From NCBI GenBank assembly GCA_046563655.1, contig CM102283.1, forward strand, positions 2,914,001 to 2,978,000: a DNA stretch of 64,000 nt, written 5' to 3'. The DNA comes from Yuukianura sp. NJ FZ-2021. Lineage: Eukaryota. Position 1 is the first letter of the stretch. Each line of letters opens with the position of its first letter. The notes beneath the pieces are model-generated. The model did not search any database. It was given only the letters and a program-made list of their open reading frames with translations, and was not told the DNA's origin. Made by a program: the position numbers and the translations under genes. Positions 45,411 through 57,897 of the stretch are shown one piece after another.

Positions 45411-46523
45411 ATGACAATGGAACTGAGTCAAGTGATGCAAAGGAAATTGCAGTTTGATTTTGGAACATTTTGGGATCCAATATGTAAAGAGTCAGTTGAG
45501 GTCACGGGACAATTCCCAATAATTACTCCCCGTGTGGAAAGTATATTGGTACAGGAAGACGTGGAACGCAGTCAGAAGTTTCTCAAAATTTGGACAGAAT
45601 CAATGTTTAAATCGGATTTAAATCCCAAATATGTCGAAGATACGGCTACCACGGTTGCAATATTTGTAACCCTCACTTATCCATTCCAACCTATCGGCAG
45701 TCCAAAATTTAATTTGTGTCTTCAGTATCTTATGTTCATCTGGGTCATTGACGACATTCTGGAGTCATACCTAAGCAACAAAATCGCTTCTGAACAAGTT
45801 TTTACCAACGGTGCAACATATCTCCTAGGAATACTGTCAAAGAATACAACAGATTTTGACAAAGAAAAAGTAGAAGGAATTCCTTCGTTTCAAGGTTTGT
45901 TTAATGCTTTCTCTGACATTGTCCAAAAGCTTCAAGTATTCGATTCCACCGGAGGAACAAAATCCCAGCAATTTTACTTCTTTTTCAAAGAGTACTTTGA
46001 AGGTGTGGCTCGCCGGAATAAGATTGATGGCGCCCTATCTGAGGAAACTTTTCGGAAATGGCGAGGAGCCACAGCGTTTTTTGCGGGAACGGTAGAATTC
46101 TACTGGATTGTAGAAAATGAACATTGCCTGCCGTCTGAAGTTCTGGAATCACCCGTACTCCATTCCATTTGGTCTGTTATTGACTCTATGGGGGCATCTA
46201 CAAATGATTTGTTGAGTATCCTCATCGACATTCTCCATGGCAACAAACAACCTGAGCAATATGAAGTTGACAGTTTAGTTGTTTTCAAAAATGTCCAAAA
46301 AGGAATTCGATTTTGTGATGCCGTTGACCAAGTTTGTGAAGTAGTTAAGAACGATGTGGTTGAATATTTGAAGTTGCGGGAGAACTTTGTGCAAAATTTT
46401 TCAAAATGTTCTAAGGCCATGAAATACATTGACATGATTGAAACAGCTTTGTATGGGCACTGTCGATCATACCTGTACATGCCACGATACCGGGCTGCTG
46501 GTTGTGTAAAACTTACAGACTAA
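45411..46523 (+). CDS. Microbial-type class I terpene synthase (Terpene_syn_C_2-like), intronless CDS
   Basis: 370-aa ORF with WVIDDILE (DDxxD/E), upstream Arg (WRGAT), NDLLSILID (NSE/DTE motif) and C-terminal RY. The ATG at 45411 is preceded by a splice acceptor (ttttag). Confidence 0.85.
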   Translation: MTMELSQVMQRKLQFDFGTFWDPICKESVEVTGQFPIITPRVESILVQEDVERSQKFLKIWTESMFKSDLNPKYVEDTATTVAIFVTLTYPFQPIGSPKFNLCLQYLMFIWVIDDILESYLSNKIASEQVFTNGATYLLGILSKNTTDFDKEKVEGIPSFQGLFNAFSDIVQKLQVFDSTGGTKSQQFYFFFKEYFEGVARRNKIDGALSEETFRKWRGATAFFAGTVEFYWIVENEHCLPSEVLESPVLHSIWSVIDSMGASTNDLLSILIDILHGNKQPEQYEVDSLVVFKNVQKGIRFCDAVDQVCEVVKNDVVEYLKLRENFVQNFSKCSKAMKYIDMIETALYGHCRSYLYMPRYRAAGCVKLTD

Positions 46524-47008
46524 CGTAAAATTTACCAAATTTCAAACTAAACTATATCCGTAGTCAGTAATTGAATAAAATTAATCAAGTTGTTTGATTT
46601 CTTAGAGAATATATTTGCTGGGAAGTTCGATACTTTCTCTCAAAACCAGTGTTTAGTAAAATGCGCCTTTTCAAAGTCGATACTTTGCTTTTTGCTGTAA
46701 ATAGCTTCTTTTTTTTTGCTGTTTTTGCTTTTTATGCTTTAAAAGCAAAAAGTTGCTTTAAGTACTGTTGGAAGGATTCTGGCCGAAATCGACTAACTCG
46801 TAATTAACGTATTATACGTCAAAATACCATTATACTTGTTAAATAATGTAACTATATTTGGTTTATGGCGGTTTTACCTTAGAAAACAATAAATTTGTCT
46901 TAAAAATGTCAATTAATTGATCTTTCAAAAACCGAAAAATTATAAAAATAACAAGTGTGAAAATCGCTGCTTGCTTCATGACAAATTCAGGTCTAATTCG
47001 ATTGAGTT

Positions 47009-47451
47009 TGTAGTTCCCCGGTTTTCCCCCATTAGGTTAGGGTCATTTGCCACTTGAGGTTAGGGTGTGGCCTTAGGTTAGTGTAGTTAGGTTATGGTTA
47101 GTCTTAGCGTTTAGTGGAGATTGGTTTAGCGCTTAGCGCGAGTTTTGAGAGAGTTAGCGTGGTAGAGGAGAATCAGGAGAGTATTGGGACTAGTTGTGCT
47201 AGTGAGTCGGTTTTTGGTGTTCAGATCAGCACGAGCTGATGATCTTGTATTTAGTGTACAAATAAATATCTTTTATATTTATTTGTCGTCGTGTGTTTCG
47301 TGTTGGTTCTTTGGTGTCCCTTAGGGTCCTCAGTTTCGTGGCATGAGTTCGGCAGTGCTCGGATCGTAGTCTGGAGGCCATTTTTTTTGGCATTTTGCGT
47401 AGCACGAGGTGCTACGAGTTAAGGCAGCGTAGTTAATGCTACGTAGTCACA
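47009..47451 (+). mobile_element. Possible solo LTR
   Basis: TGT..ACA ends, G/T-skewed body and internal AATAAA at ~47260. The target duplication is imperfect. Confidence 0.3.
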
Positions 47452-49405
47452 TGTTGCAAATTAAATACAAAATATATACCATGAATTCATATTTTTGCTA
47501 AGATTACTTTTGTTTGTTAAATTTCTGAAATTTTGAAATATTTAAGCAAATTTTTGGAGCGGCTACTCGGCAACAGCATGACTCTGATAGTCATCCATCC
47601 GGCAGCGTTCCATTGCATCAACACAATTTCCCGGCCATGTCGTAGCTTGGCGATTTGCGTCTGCGTAGGTCGTGGACCGGCACAGCTCTGCTCAACTGTC
47701 TTGCCATGTTACTACAATGTACACAAATACTACTCACCCGTCTCCCAAGGTGCTGCTGAAGATGTCAAAAATGCTTTCAACCTTATCAGAGAAGACCTTA
47801 TAGGTACATGGGTTTGCACAGTGCCCTCTGCATTGCGCTGGGATTGTGCGGTAAACTTTGGCCGAGGCAGCGACAATCGTCGCATTGCGGCTCCAGAATG
47901 CTTCCATTGCCCATGACTTTCCTTCCACAAGTTTTGTACAGGAAATAATTAAAACGGGAAGCAGATATTTCCCACTGTGTGAAAACATGGCCTCAATGTT
48001 TGACCGCCTAGCTTCTATGAGAGATTGGAATGAAATGCGCGTAATGAACTTGCTAAACTTTTAGACGAAGTTGTGAGGTGAAGTCAAACAGAAGGTGAAG
48101 CAAGCAGTGCGTTATTGGAACTCGAAACTAAATAGCACATATACTAGCATTAAGTATCGGCAGAAAAAGGTGCGACGTCTGTGAGGAAATTTTGTAATTT
48201 ATTATTCCCAGGTTTTATGTTACTCTTAATTAATATTTATTATTTAACTTCCTTAAGTAATGCCAGATAATAGCAACCTATTGAGCTTCGCGTTGAGTGA
48301 TAAACAAAGAATGCTGAATGATTAATTTAACGCTTTAATTTATATTGCTCAAGGGTCTTAAACAATAAAACAGTTGTTGAGGACAACAAAACCTTCATAG
48401 CAAAACCTACTCAAGGCGGTTTTGGTATGGAGATCGGTGCCGAAGCTGTCGTTCATGCTACTAGATTGTACACAAGTACAACTCATCCGTCTCTCAAGGT
48501 GCTGCTCAAGATGAAAAAATGCTTTCAAGTTTATCTGAAGAGACTTAATGCTACAATCTTTGAAGGTAACAATCGAAGTCATTAAGGTTTAAAATACGAC
48601 ACTCTTGAAAGATGTTATTTCAAAATTCACATTTTTTTTAGAAAAAAAATTCTGTTGTGTTTAATACATTTGTTCATCTACCGCTTTACATTAACATCAT
48701 TATCAAGAAAGCCGATTTTGGAAAGAAACATAACGTTATTGATTTTTAACATGTCTGTATCCAATTATTAGATTCGTTATGTAGAAAAAATGGCAAAATC
48801 GCCGTCTAGCGTGGTTGTATTGTAATTTATTTTTTGATTGAACTAAATGAGACTTCGATAATTCGAAAGTAAAACAATTTTAAGGATTAGCAGAGGTTAG
48901 GTAATGTGTTTACTTCAGTTTTATCAAATGTAAATGTGGCTTATAACTCAATTCGTAATAAAGTTACCAGACGTAGCGACGACGAAAGGCTTTTCAAACG
49001 TTGATTTCAGCATAGCCTAATTGGCAACTAAAATTTAATCTGGCAATAACTTGACTCATTTTCAATTCTATTGCCTATTAACTGAAAAACAATAGGGCCT
49101 GTTTGTCTTATAAATTAAGAAAAAGGTGAATGAGGACATTTCCAAAGAAGAAAACACTGTATCCCATCTGTGCTGAAATCCATTCCGGATGCAGCGGTTA
49201 AACAGTTGAAAAGTTGGTAAATTCTTGTTTTTGAAATAGCAAATTTTTCAAACTGTATTTTTTTATTACTTGTTGTACCATTCACTTGCAGGTTTTGTGC
49301 TAAGTGTTGGTAGTTATTAGTACAGCTATTATTTTTTGCTAGGTTAATGTAATAACCTTTTCTAAAAACCGCAAACTTGCTCATTGAATTGTATTAAATA
49401 TCGGA

Positions 49406-50652
49406 ATGCGGAAAAGGCTTAACTTATGTGTAAAGTTGTTGTACATGTGGGCAGGAGCTCTGAATTGTGTCCCTGTTCGGTATAACTTTGGACATAACAA
49501 ACCCGATACTCTAGTTCACTCCGTTCAAAAATTTCAATCAGTATGCACAATTTTTGGAATATTTTCAACACTTGTCGTAGGCTTGTTTATTTCTTACTTG
49601 TACTACGAAGTAATCTTCGGAGCTACAACGGAAATGGAGAAAATATTTGCCCTTGGGTTGAACGGCATCTTTAACATATTTCACATAACACAATATGTTA
49701 TACTTATCCCAACTTCTAGAAACCGATGTATTAACGTTGTCAACGTTGCTCTGGATACCATTTTCCACTTGTCAAAAAAATTGCCGCTCTTTTATGAAAT
49801 AATCTGCTACATCTGCTCATTCGATTCGGTCATGTATCCATTCTTGTTCGGTCCAATATTATATGCAGTGTCATGGACATTTCCTGGGCTTTTCGCTTCA
49901 TTTCACAACGGAATGTCGGCCATTGCTTCAAAACTTAGCACTCCAGAATCTGTTGCCTTTCCCTGGATTTTCAGCTCTTGTAAATTTAGTGTTACATTTA
50001 TTGTTACGGTTGGACTGGGCCATTCAGCAATCACTTGTATGGTTTTCTCTCACTGGATGTTTACATATTTATTTACAGCTATTCAAAGTTTAAAGGATTT
50101 CAGTTGGTAAGAAAGTTTCAAATTTTCAAAAGTTGTTATTGAAAGTACAAATTAATTTTACTTGACAGTAAAGCGGGCTTATCTAAGGATGGGAATCGCT
50201 TCCTTATGCACACTAGAGAGGTGCGTATGGCGTATTTGAACCTCAAAGTGGCTGCTGAAGCATTTCGAGTAGCATTTGAAGATGCAATTTCGTTAGTCAC
50301 ACCGAACCTTCTCATGATCATTATCATTACAACTTTTTTCACAATCAGGAGTTCTGGGTATCCTTTTGTGATCGTATTTACTATGGCGTGTACTGGTTTT
50401 ACTAGTGGAGTGGCAACATATTTTATTATTAGTCTTTCAACAAACCACCACATTCTGTCTAACGATTTAATTCAAACTGCTCGTCGTCGTGCCCGAGAAC
50501 ACTCAAAATTCGATTCAAAATTTTGGAAAGGAATGACGCCGCTGCGAATCCACGTTGGAACGGCGGCCTCTTTTGAAACTAGGGAATTCATTTTGTTCAT
50601 TTGGTCTCACGTGGTCGTGGGCTCCATTATAAACCTTCTCCTTGCATTTTGA
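49406..50652 (+). CDS. Multi-pass 7TM chemoreceptor-like protein (GR/OR superfamily-like); 2 exons
   Basis: Exons 49406-50106 and 50169-50652 join in frame (~395 aa). About 7 hydrophobic segments. C-terminal KFWKGMTPLRIHVG..F..FIW..VV..IINLLL resembles the GR/OR TM7 region. Confidence 0.7.
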
Positions 50653-52362
50653 ATAGAATGAGAGAATCTTCTTTCTCTAAATAAAAGTAGTGGTATGCAT
50701 GCAAATATTTATGTCTATTAGAAAGCTACATGTTTGAAATTGAAAGTAATAAATGACAATCTGCAAAATTAGATTATCGAAACTACCAGTTTTACACTTT
50801 ATTCTTAAGATGAAAATTATTGTCGTGTTTTAACTACTTGCCTTAAGGTTTTCTATAACATTATTTAAAAAACTAGTATCTATAAAAGCCTATCTATAAA
50901 AACGTGTTCTAAAACTCCACGTCCATGGGCTACTTATTCTCACTGTTGCTTGACATCAATTGACCTCTAAAAATGGCAGAGGTCAAAGTCCAGAATATTC
51001 TCACCACAATTCTTTACAGAGAGAATTATATATTATTCAGTATTACTTATTACAGTATTCGAATTTTTTATATCAGCTCATCTGTTTTCACCTTAATGAG
51101 TTGTTGGACAGTATCGTTAGTAGGTGATTTCTCATAAAGACTTTGGGGACAATTGCTGAATGATTGATATGACTCTCAGAACACTACAAGAAACACTTTT
51201 CGCATTAGCGTAAGCTGGAAAATGTGGCATAAATCTTTTATTTTACGAAAACTGGACGCTTCATCCAGAAAACATAAGTTTTCTGGAGGACATTCGTGAA
51301 ACCATCGTATTTTTGCCATAGATATTTTCATTCCTACGGCTACAGGTTTGCAAAAATGGTAAAAAAAAGACTTAAGCAATGATTTGCAGCGTATGCTAGT
51401 GGTTGTAGTTTTCTGAGCATCCCATCAATCATGCAGTAATTTTCCACAAAGATTGGGTCCAAGCTCAAGTTTTTTTTACGATTCACGGTTCACAAATTAC
51501 GCCACCATGAACACAAAAGGCGTACGACTGAAATCACTGAATCTATATAATCACTGGAATTCAACCTTGTAAAACCATTATTGTAGGAACAAGAATTAGC
51601 GTGGCAAGAATCAATGTTGAAGGTTCGTTATTTGGGTAGAAATGTTGAAATTGCTTTCCTGTGTGGTTGTCATTTTATTCTTTGATTGAGCTAAATGAGA
51701 TTTCAAAAATTGTAAAGTTATACAATTTTAAGAATTACCATTCGGTAGGAAAAGTGTTTACTTTTTCAGTTTTACCATATGTAAATGTGGCTTATAACTC
51801 AATTATGTAGCAATCGTAATGAAGTTTTGAGACGTAGCGACGACGATATTAAAGGCTTTCAACGCTGTTTTTTCCTTCCAGAATAACCTAATTGGCAACG
51901 AAAAATTTAACCCGGCAGGCAATAACTTTTGACTCATTTTCTAGTATCGAATAAACCGCGTATACGTTAAGTAGCGAATGACACACTGACCTTGCAATGA
52001 ATGAGTTACTTCTAAAAAAAATGGAGTTTTTGTATTATCACATCAACACTTTTAACAGACCCTTGCTAAAGTTAATCACGATTAATCTAATCAATTCACT
52101 TTTTAGTTCAACACTTGATCAACCGAAGGACAAGAACCCTGAATTGGCCCTACTAATTTTTTTGGCTCTTATTGAAACTACCCCATATTGGATTGGCCCT
52201 TTTTGGATTAGCCCTTATTTTTTCGGCCCTTTTTGATCTGGCCCTTTTTGGTTTGGCCCATATGATCTGCTTCGCACACACACACACCTTCCCACCTCCA
52301 GCTCTACACTTAACAATAATACACTGATCACGTCAATAAAATTTTATCAAATCACCCCACTC

Positions 52363-52761
52363 CAGTGTTGCTGGATGCTTAAACGTCCAGTGGCTTAATT
52401 GCCACTTCCTCTGGATATCCAGTGGATGAAATGGGGTCCTACTGGACGGTGGATGGAAGAAATCAGCTGAGGTCAAAAATTCAGTGCCAATTTCAAATAA
52501 ATTTAAATTAAATAATAGGAAATACTTTAATTAAGTATTTAAATTGCTTTTGCTTAATCGGTTTTGTTATTTTAACTTATTTTAGAACGATTTTCGGTTG
52601 TTTTTGCATTGTTTTTGATTTTTTTGCGTTCTTTATTATCAAATTATGCACACCCTGCGGGCAAAGCTCCGCCCCTTTGGATTTATCCATTTCGTCCATT
52701 TCTTCCACTGGATATCCAGCCGTGGATGAAATGTCGAAAAAGTGGATATCCAGCAACACTG
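52363..52761. mobile_element. hAT-type MITE, 399 bp
   Basis: TIR CAGTGTTGCTGGAT...ATCCAGCAACACTG and perfect 8-bp TSD CCCCACTC (52355-52362, 52762-52769). Subterminal tggatatccag repeats. Confidence 0.92.
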
Positions 52762-53355
52762 CCCCACTCCAACCAATTGATGTCTGAATTTTCTAACCTA
52801 ATGCTAATTTGAAATGGAAAACAAAATGGACGATATTTATGAACTTTGACAAAATTTCCAACACCTTCGAGAATAACACCAAAATGTTGCCACGAATGGT
52901 GAAATCTAACTTTTGGACGTACTAGATTCGATAAAAATTAAACTGAAATCTAACTTTTGAACTTAATAGATTCGGTGAAAATTCATTCATTTTTTTAATT
53001 TTTTTTCCCCAAGAGCTACTGCCGCCTGGGGCTTACACCAAAATGTTGTCACGAATGGTGGAATCACGTTTTGGTGGGTTTCATTGAGGCGTTCATGTGA
53101 AATTCAGAAATTAGAACCACTTGAAGTTGAAAAATGCACGAATTTTTCACTTTTCCAACATTTCAGAATTTTCAACTTTTTCCGACATTTCAATTCCACT
53201 TTTGGAAAACAATGAATTATTGGTAAAAAAACGAATGGTGAGATTACGTTTTTTGAATGAATGAATTTTAATTTTTGTGAAGAACAGTTTGTCATCAGTT
53301 TCAGCAATTCAAAAATGAGTGTTAACTGCCGTATGTTAATTGAGTTGTTGATTAG

Positions 53356-54357
53356 TCACACTTTGGTAATTTGAGTATTACTGTTAGGAGGAATTGAGGC
53401 AAGACTGGATCCATCTGAGCTGGAGTTCGTACTTCCGGAGAGTCTATGGATTTTGGGGTTACTGGGGTAGTCCACTCCCCAGGGCAGAATTGGTTTCGAC
53501 ATCCGGAATCGCAAGTACTTCACGACAACTTCAATCTGAAAATTTAGCACATTTTGGAAAAAGGATGAAATTTTTTAGAAAATTTAGAACACCGTACGTA
53601 TCGGTATCCAGTCAAAGCAGGATCTTTGAACTCCAGCCCAAGAGAATCATAAATGTTTTTATTTTCCTTGTCAATGTAGGCAGCGACACGTTCCATGCAC
53701 TGAAAGTCATTTGGATTATCAAAAGAGTTTCAAAATTTTGGATTTTCTAAACAAAAATTTTGAAATATTAACCTTCCTGGTATTCTTTTTTCGTGGAATG
53801 AAGAAAAAGTAGGCGAGCGTGTCAAGGAAAGTGGCACAATTGACTTGGTCCATTTTGGCACAAATTTTGTTGATCTCTTCCAACGTCCGAGTCCAAACTC
53901 TTTCCTCAACGTTCTAAATAATATATAAAATAAATATTCTAATATATTAATGTATTTTAGTATATTAATTAGTTTGATATATTTTCACCATTTCTTGGAC
54001 GAGGACAGGAGGAATCTTTTCAGAGAATTTCACTGTGCGCCAATTTGTGTAATCTCTGAAAATGAGGAATCTGGAGTAGGTGCAAGCAGGGGTGGGACCA
54101 GAGCCCCACTTAAGTGGGTCGTCGATGTTGGGCGGAGGTGGGGCCAGTGCCCATTCTTCATGGAGGTGAGGGTCAGTGACCTTGACCCCCCGGCGGTCAT
54201 CAGACTCCGAAGCATTGTGGTTGCCACTGGCCTTGGAATTCCCAGGACCAGCAAGAGTTGACGCCGAATTGACCCCAGCTTTTTCCATTTTGCGAAGACA
54301 ACCCCCTGCGCCCCGCTTGACGTCAACGCAGAAGATACAGCGGAAGAAGGAACCCAT
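53356..54357 (-). CDS. Golgin subfamily A member 7 / Erf4-like protein (divergent); 4 exons
   Basis: Spliced core FLIFRDYTNWRTVKFSEKIP..EEINKI..MERVAAYIDKENKNIYDSLGLEFKDPALTGYRYIEVVV matches the Erf4/Golga7 pattern (RDY..F..KFP; N..Y..GL..DP..G.R.IE). Start at 54357 or 54288. Confidence 0.75.
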
Positions 54358-54373
54358 AACCACAATGGTACAT

Positions 54374-54450
54374 CGGCAGAGGTCAAAGGTCAAGCGTTTG
54401 TCGGCAGAGGTCAAAGGTCAAGCGTTTATTGGCAGAAGTCAAAGGTCAAC
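54374..54450. repeat. 28-bp tandem repeat x3 containing AGGTCAAAGGTCA
   Basis: ggcagaggtcaaaggtcaagcgttt is repeated just upstream of the Golga7-like ATG. Confidence 0.85.
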
Positions 54451-55283
54451 GGTTTATGAATTTCTCGGGTAAATAATTTAGGACATTCAGTTTGATTTGA
54501 CACATTCAAAAAAGATACACAAAACCATGCTCCACTGTAAAGTCGTTTTCATGGTAACAAAATAAAAGTAGCTTTTCTAGAAGTACATTTTAAAATTTAG
54601 AAATCAGTCCAATTATTTCGAAATTGCTTCAAGCGGTTTGTATTTTACTAACAAAAAAAAATGAAAATTTGTCAATTTCTTGGTTTATACTCGAAGCGAC
54701 ATAGCTGTTTTTAGTATTTTGACAAAAGATGGATAAAATTCCACATTTTCATCCATGTTGAACGCCACACGTTTGGCAAAAGTCGTTTAAAAAAAAAACT
54801 GTGGAGGTGGATTTTTCCGTTACGTGTCTAAAGGTTATTGTGTTTTATTGTGGGAGTATAACGTCTCACATAATGTCATCAATTTCTTCTGAACATAAAA
54901 TTTTTTTGAAAATAATTACCAAATTTAATTTTGCAAATGAGCTGTGTATACTATAAAAACAAAGGAAAAAGGATAATTTCTGTCTCTTTTTTAATGAATG
55001 ACTAAATTCTATTGTAAAAAGCCTTCATTTGGCTTCCAGTTGATGTCATGTTCATAGAATTTCAAAGTTTGCAAGTTTGAATATCTTCATATTCATCTTT
55101 GTGTCTTCGTGAGGACAGAAGGTTCGCAAAAATTGAAAAAGTTTTGGGCAAGGCTGTTTTTGGCGTTTGTATGTCAATATATGGAGCGTCGTCCTTGTAA
55201 GTTGTTTTGAACTTGCCAATTTGCTTGTTGCTTGTTAGTCTGTCTGCAGTCAGTTTCAAGTTACAAACTGACACAAGACAGCA

Positions 55284-57897
55284 ATGAATCTCATCTTGAC
55301 AGCCGCCTTCTGCTTCATCTTAACCGCAAAGTAAGTACAACCAAAAATTTGTCAAAATTTTGAAAATTCTATTTTGTTTCTAAACACATTTTTAAATCAT
55401 GTGTAATGTAAGAAAAAGCCTCTGCAAAAGTTTTTGTTTCAATTTTTTAGTTGGATTGAAAAAAGCTGTGCTAAAGAGCGTCGTTTTCAAAAACGGGAAG
55501 TTGAAAAACATGAAAATTTGAATTTGGTGCGATCGGAACGCGAGGCTTCAAGAAAAGACGTTGATTTTGATGATTATGGAACTTATGGTCTCCGTTCACA
55601 CAAACCAAAGAAAATTAAATACTTGGAATCACAAATTCAAAAAGTTGAGAATGAAACTGAACCAAATGATCACGAGGCTTTCGATTTGAAATTGCCGCCG
55701 GGATATGACAAGTACTCCATTCCCAAAAATAGTTGTAAGTTCAAATTTTGGTTTTCAAATTTTGAAAACCTATTATTTTATTCTATTTCGATGTTACATG
55801 GTGCGAAATTTTGAAAAAATTTAGCTGGAGAGCCCTTAATGTTTTCATTCAAGTCAACATCCGCAAAATTTTGGATTTCGACGAATTAGAAGAGGTGGAA
55901 AAAATATCATTGTCTTAAGAAATTTGGAAAATTTTTTGTCAAAATTCTGGAAAATTTTTGAATTTTACAGAGTATCAAACTGGATATGACTTTTCGTGTA
56001 CTGTGGACGGATCACAAAATCCAGCATATGCACAATGATGAACGAAGGAAACGCGGTGAGCCTGAGCAAACGAGGGAGTCATTGACTACAGAAGAGGTCA
56101 TAGCTCAAACACACACGATCAATGACCCGCACGCACTTGACCTCATTTGGAAACCTAACTTATTTTTTGGTAAACCATAATTTTTTTGAAAAAGTTTGAA
56201 AAATCATTTTAAACAGTTTTTTGAAAATAGAAAATTTACTGAAAGTGAGACAACCCTACGTCATGACCGCACCAATCACACTCAAATTAATTCCGGAAGT
56301 TGGTTGGTTCGAGTATCTCACACGGTGAAAAAAAAAATTAACTTTTGAAAACATTTTGAAAAATTTTCTAAAATTTTATTTTATTATTTCAGAATTTCAG
56401 TTGTGATAGACTGCTCTATGGAGTTCCACTACTACCCAGCGGATATTCAGGTCTGCAAATTTGCCATTCGCCCATGTAAGTCTAAAAATCTGCATTTTTT
56501 CAAAATTTCATAAACATTTTTCAAAATTTGACATTAATTTGAAATTACGATAGTTTCATATACAAAGAAAAATATGCGGCTGAGTTGGTACCGAACGGGA
56601 GTGTGGCTGCACGATCTAGACTTGCCTAGTTTTGACGTCCAGGTCACCAACCTCAGAGAATTCTTTTTAGTGGAAGATGACGAAGGTCAGAGGTCAAATC
56701 ATACCTTAAGTTAATACGTCATGTCTATCACATATAATACATAAATATTATATTCTATATATTATAATATATTATACAAATCAGTGTCAAACTTTATCTG
56801 TCACAGACCCAAACCCTGACAGCTTTGACATTTTGGCATTCAACATCAAGACACGACGCAGACTTAGCTACCACTTGGTACAAACATACTTGGCAAGGTA
56901 AACATGCTTTAACAAACAAAAGTGTTACAAATCTATTAATATATTTGTATATTTATATTATTTGTAATAATATTTGAATCTACCTTGTTCATATCGCAGT
57001 ACGTTCTACATTATCATCACTTGTCTCTGCTTTCTGCTCCCTGGTAAGGCAACTTTTGCACTGAAAATAAAAAAATGAATTTCATTTCTAAATTTTGAAT
57101 TTTGAGTTTGAAAATTTGAAACAGCTCGATTTGTGGAAGCTAGAATTGGAATAGCAATGACGACACTGCTGACACTCACAGCAATGTTTGCAGCAGTACG
57201 TGAAAGTACTCCTATTGTAGCCTACATCAAGGTAAAATTTATCATTAATAAATTTAAATACATAATTAGTTAATATATTTTAATTAATTTTAGGCAATTG
57301 ACATATGGATGGTCGGATGCATCGTTTTTGTTTTCTTGACTCTTGCTGAATTCACGTTCCACACTTGGTTTGACCTTTGACCTCTGCAAAATAATTTCCT
57401 TTTCAAAATTTCTACTCTTTTAAACATTTTGAAATTTGGAAATTTGTGGTATTTTCACAGGCTCCAGGCGAAAAAAGACGATTTTGAGAAATGCCTCGAT
57501 GGAAAAGTGAGAAAATTTTGAATATCGGAATTTGCAATTTTAAAAAACTGTGTTGAATTTTTGTAAATTGAAGGAAAAAGAGTTGATTTCATTTACACAA
57601 CGCACAAAGGGAAAGGACTACTCCATTGATAAGAACGGAGACGCAGAAGATGCTGCGCAGACTGATCAGATGCTGGATTTGAGAATGCGCAAAGGCAGTG
57701 CTACACAGACGCTTTCTGCAAAATCTGCTCCAGTGTTGCAACATCCGTGCGACAAAAACGATTTGAACAAATACACAAAATGGCTTCGCATAATGGACAA
57801 GTATGGTTTCTACTTCTTCATCACCCTCATTGCAGTCTACACCATCATGCAAGTTCACATGTTGCAAAAAGACACTCAAAATTTAAAAAAAAAATAA
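55284..57897 (+). CDS. Cys-loop ligand-gated ion channel subunit (GlyR/GluCl-like clade, divergent); ~13 exons
   Basis: Signal peptide, IWKPNLFF, Cys loop CSMEFHYYPADIQVC, RRRLSYHLVQTY, TM2 EARIGIAMTTLLTL, TM3 YIKAIDIWMVGCIVFVFLTLAEF and TM4 MDKYGFYFF. Confidence 0.9.

Noticed and set aside
47020-47160. TTAGG-like runs as interstitial telomere
   Set aside because: Too degenerate and not tandem; more likely part of an LTR-like repeat
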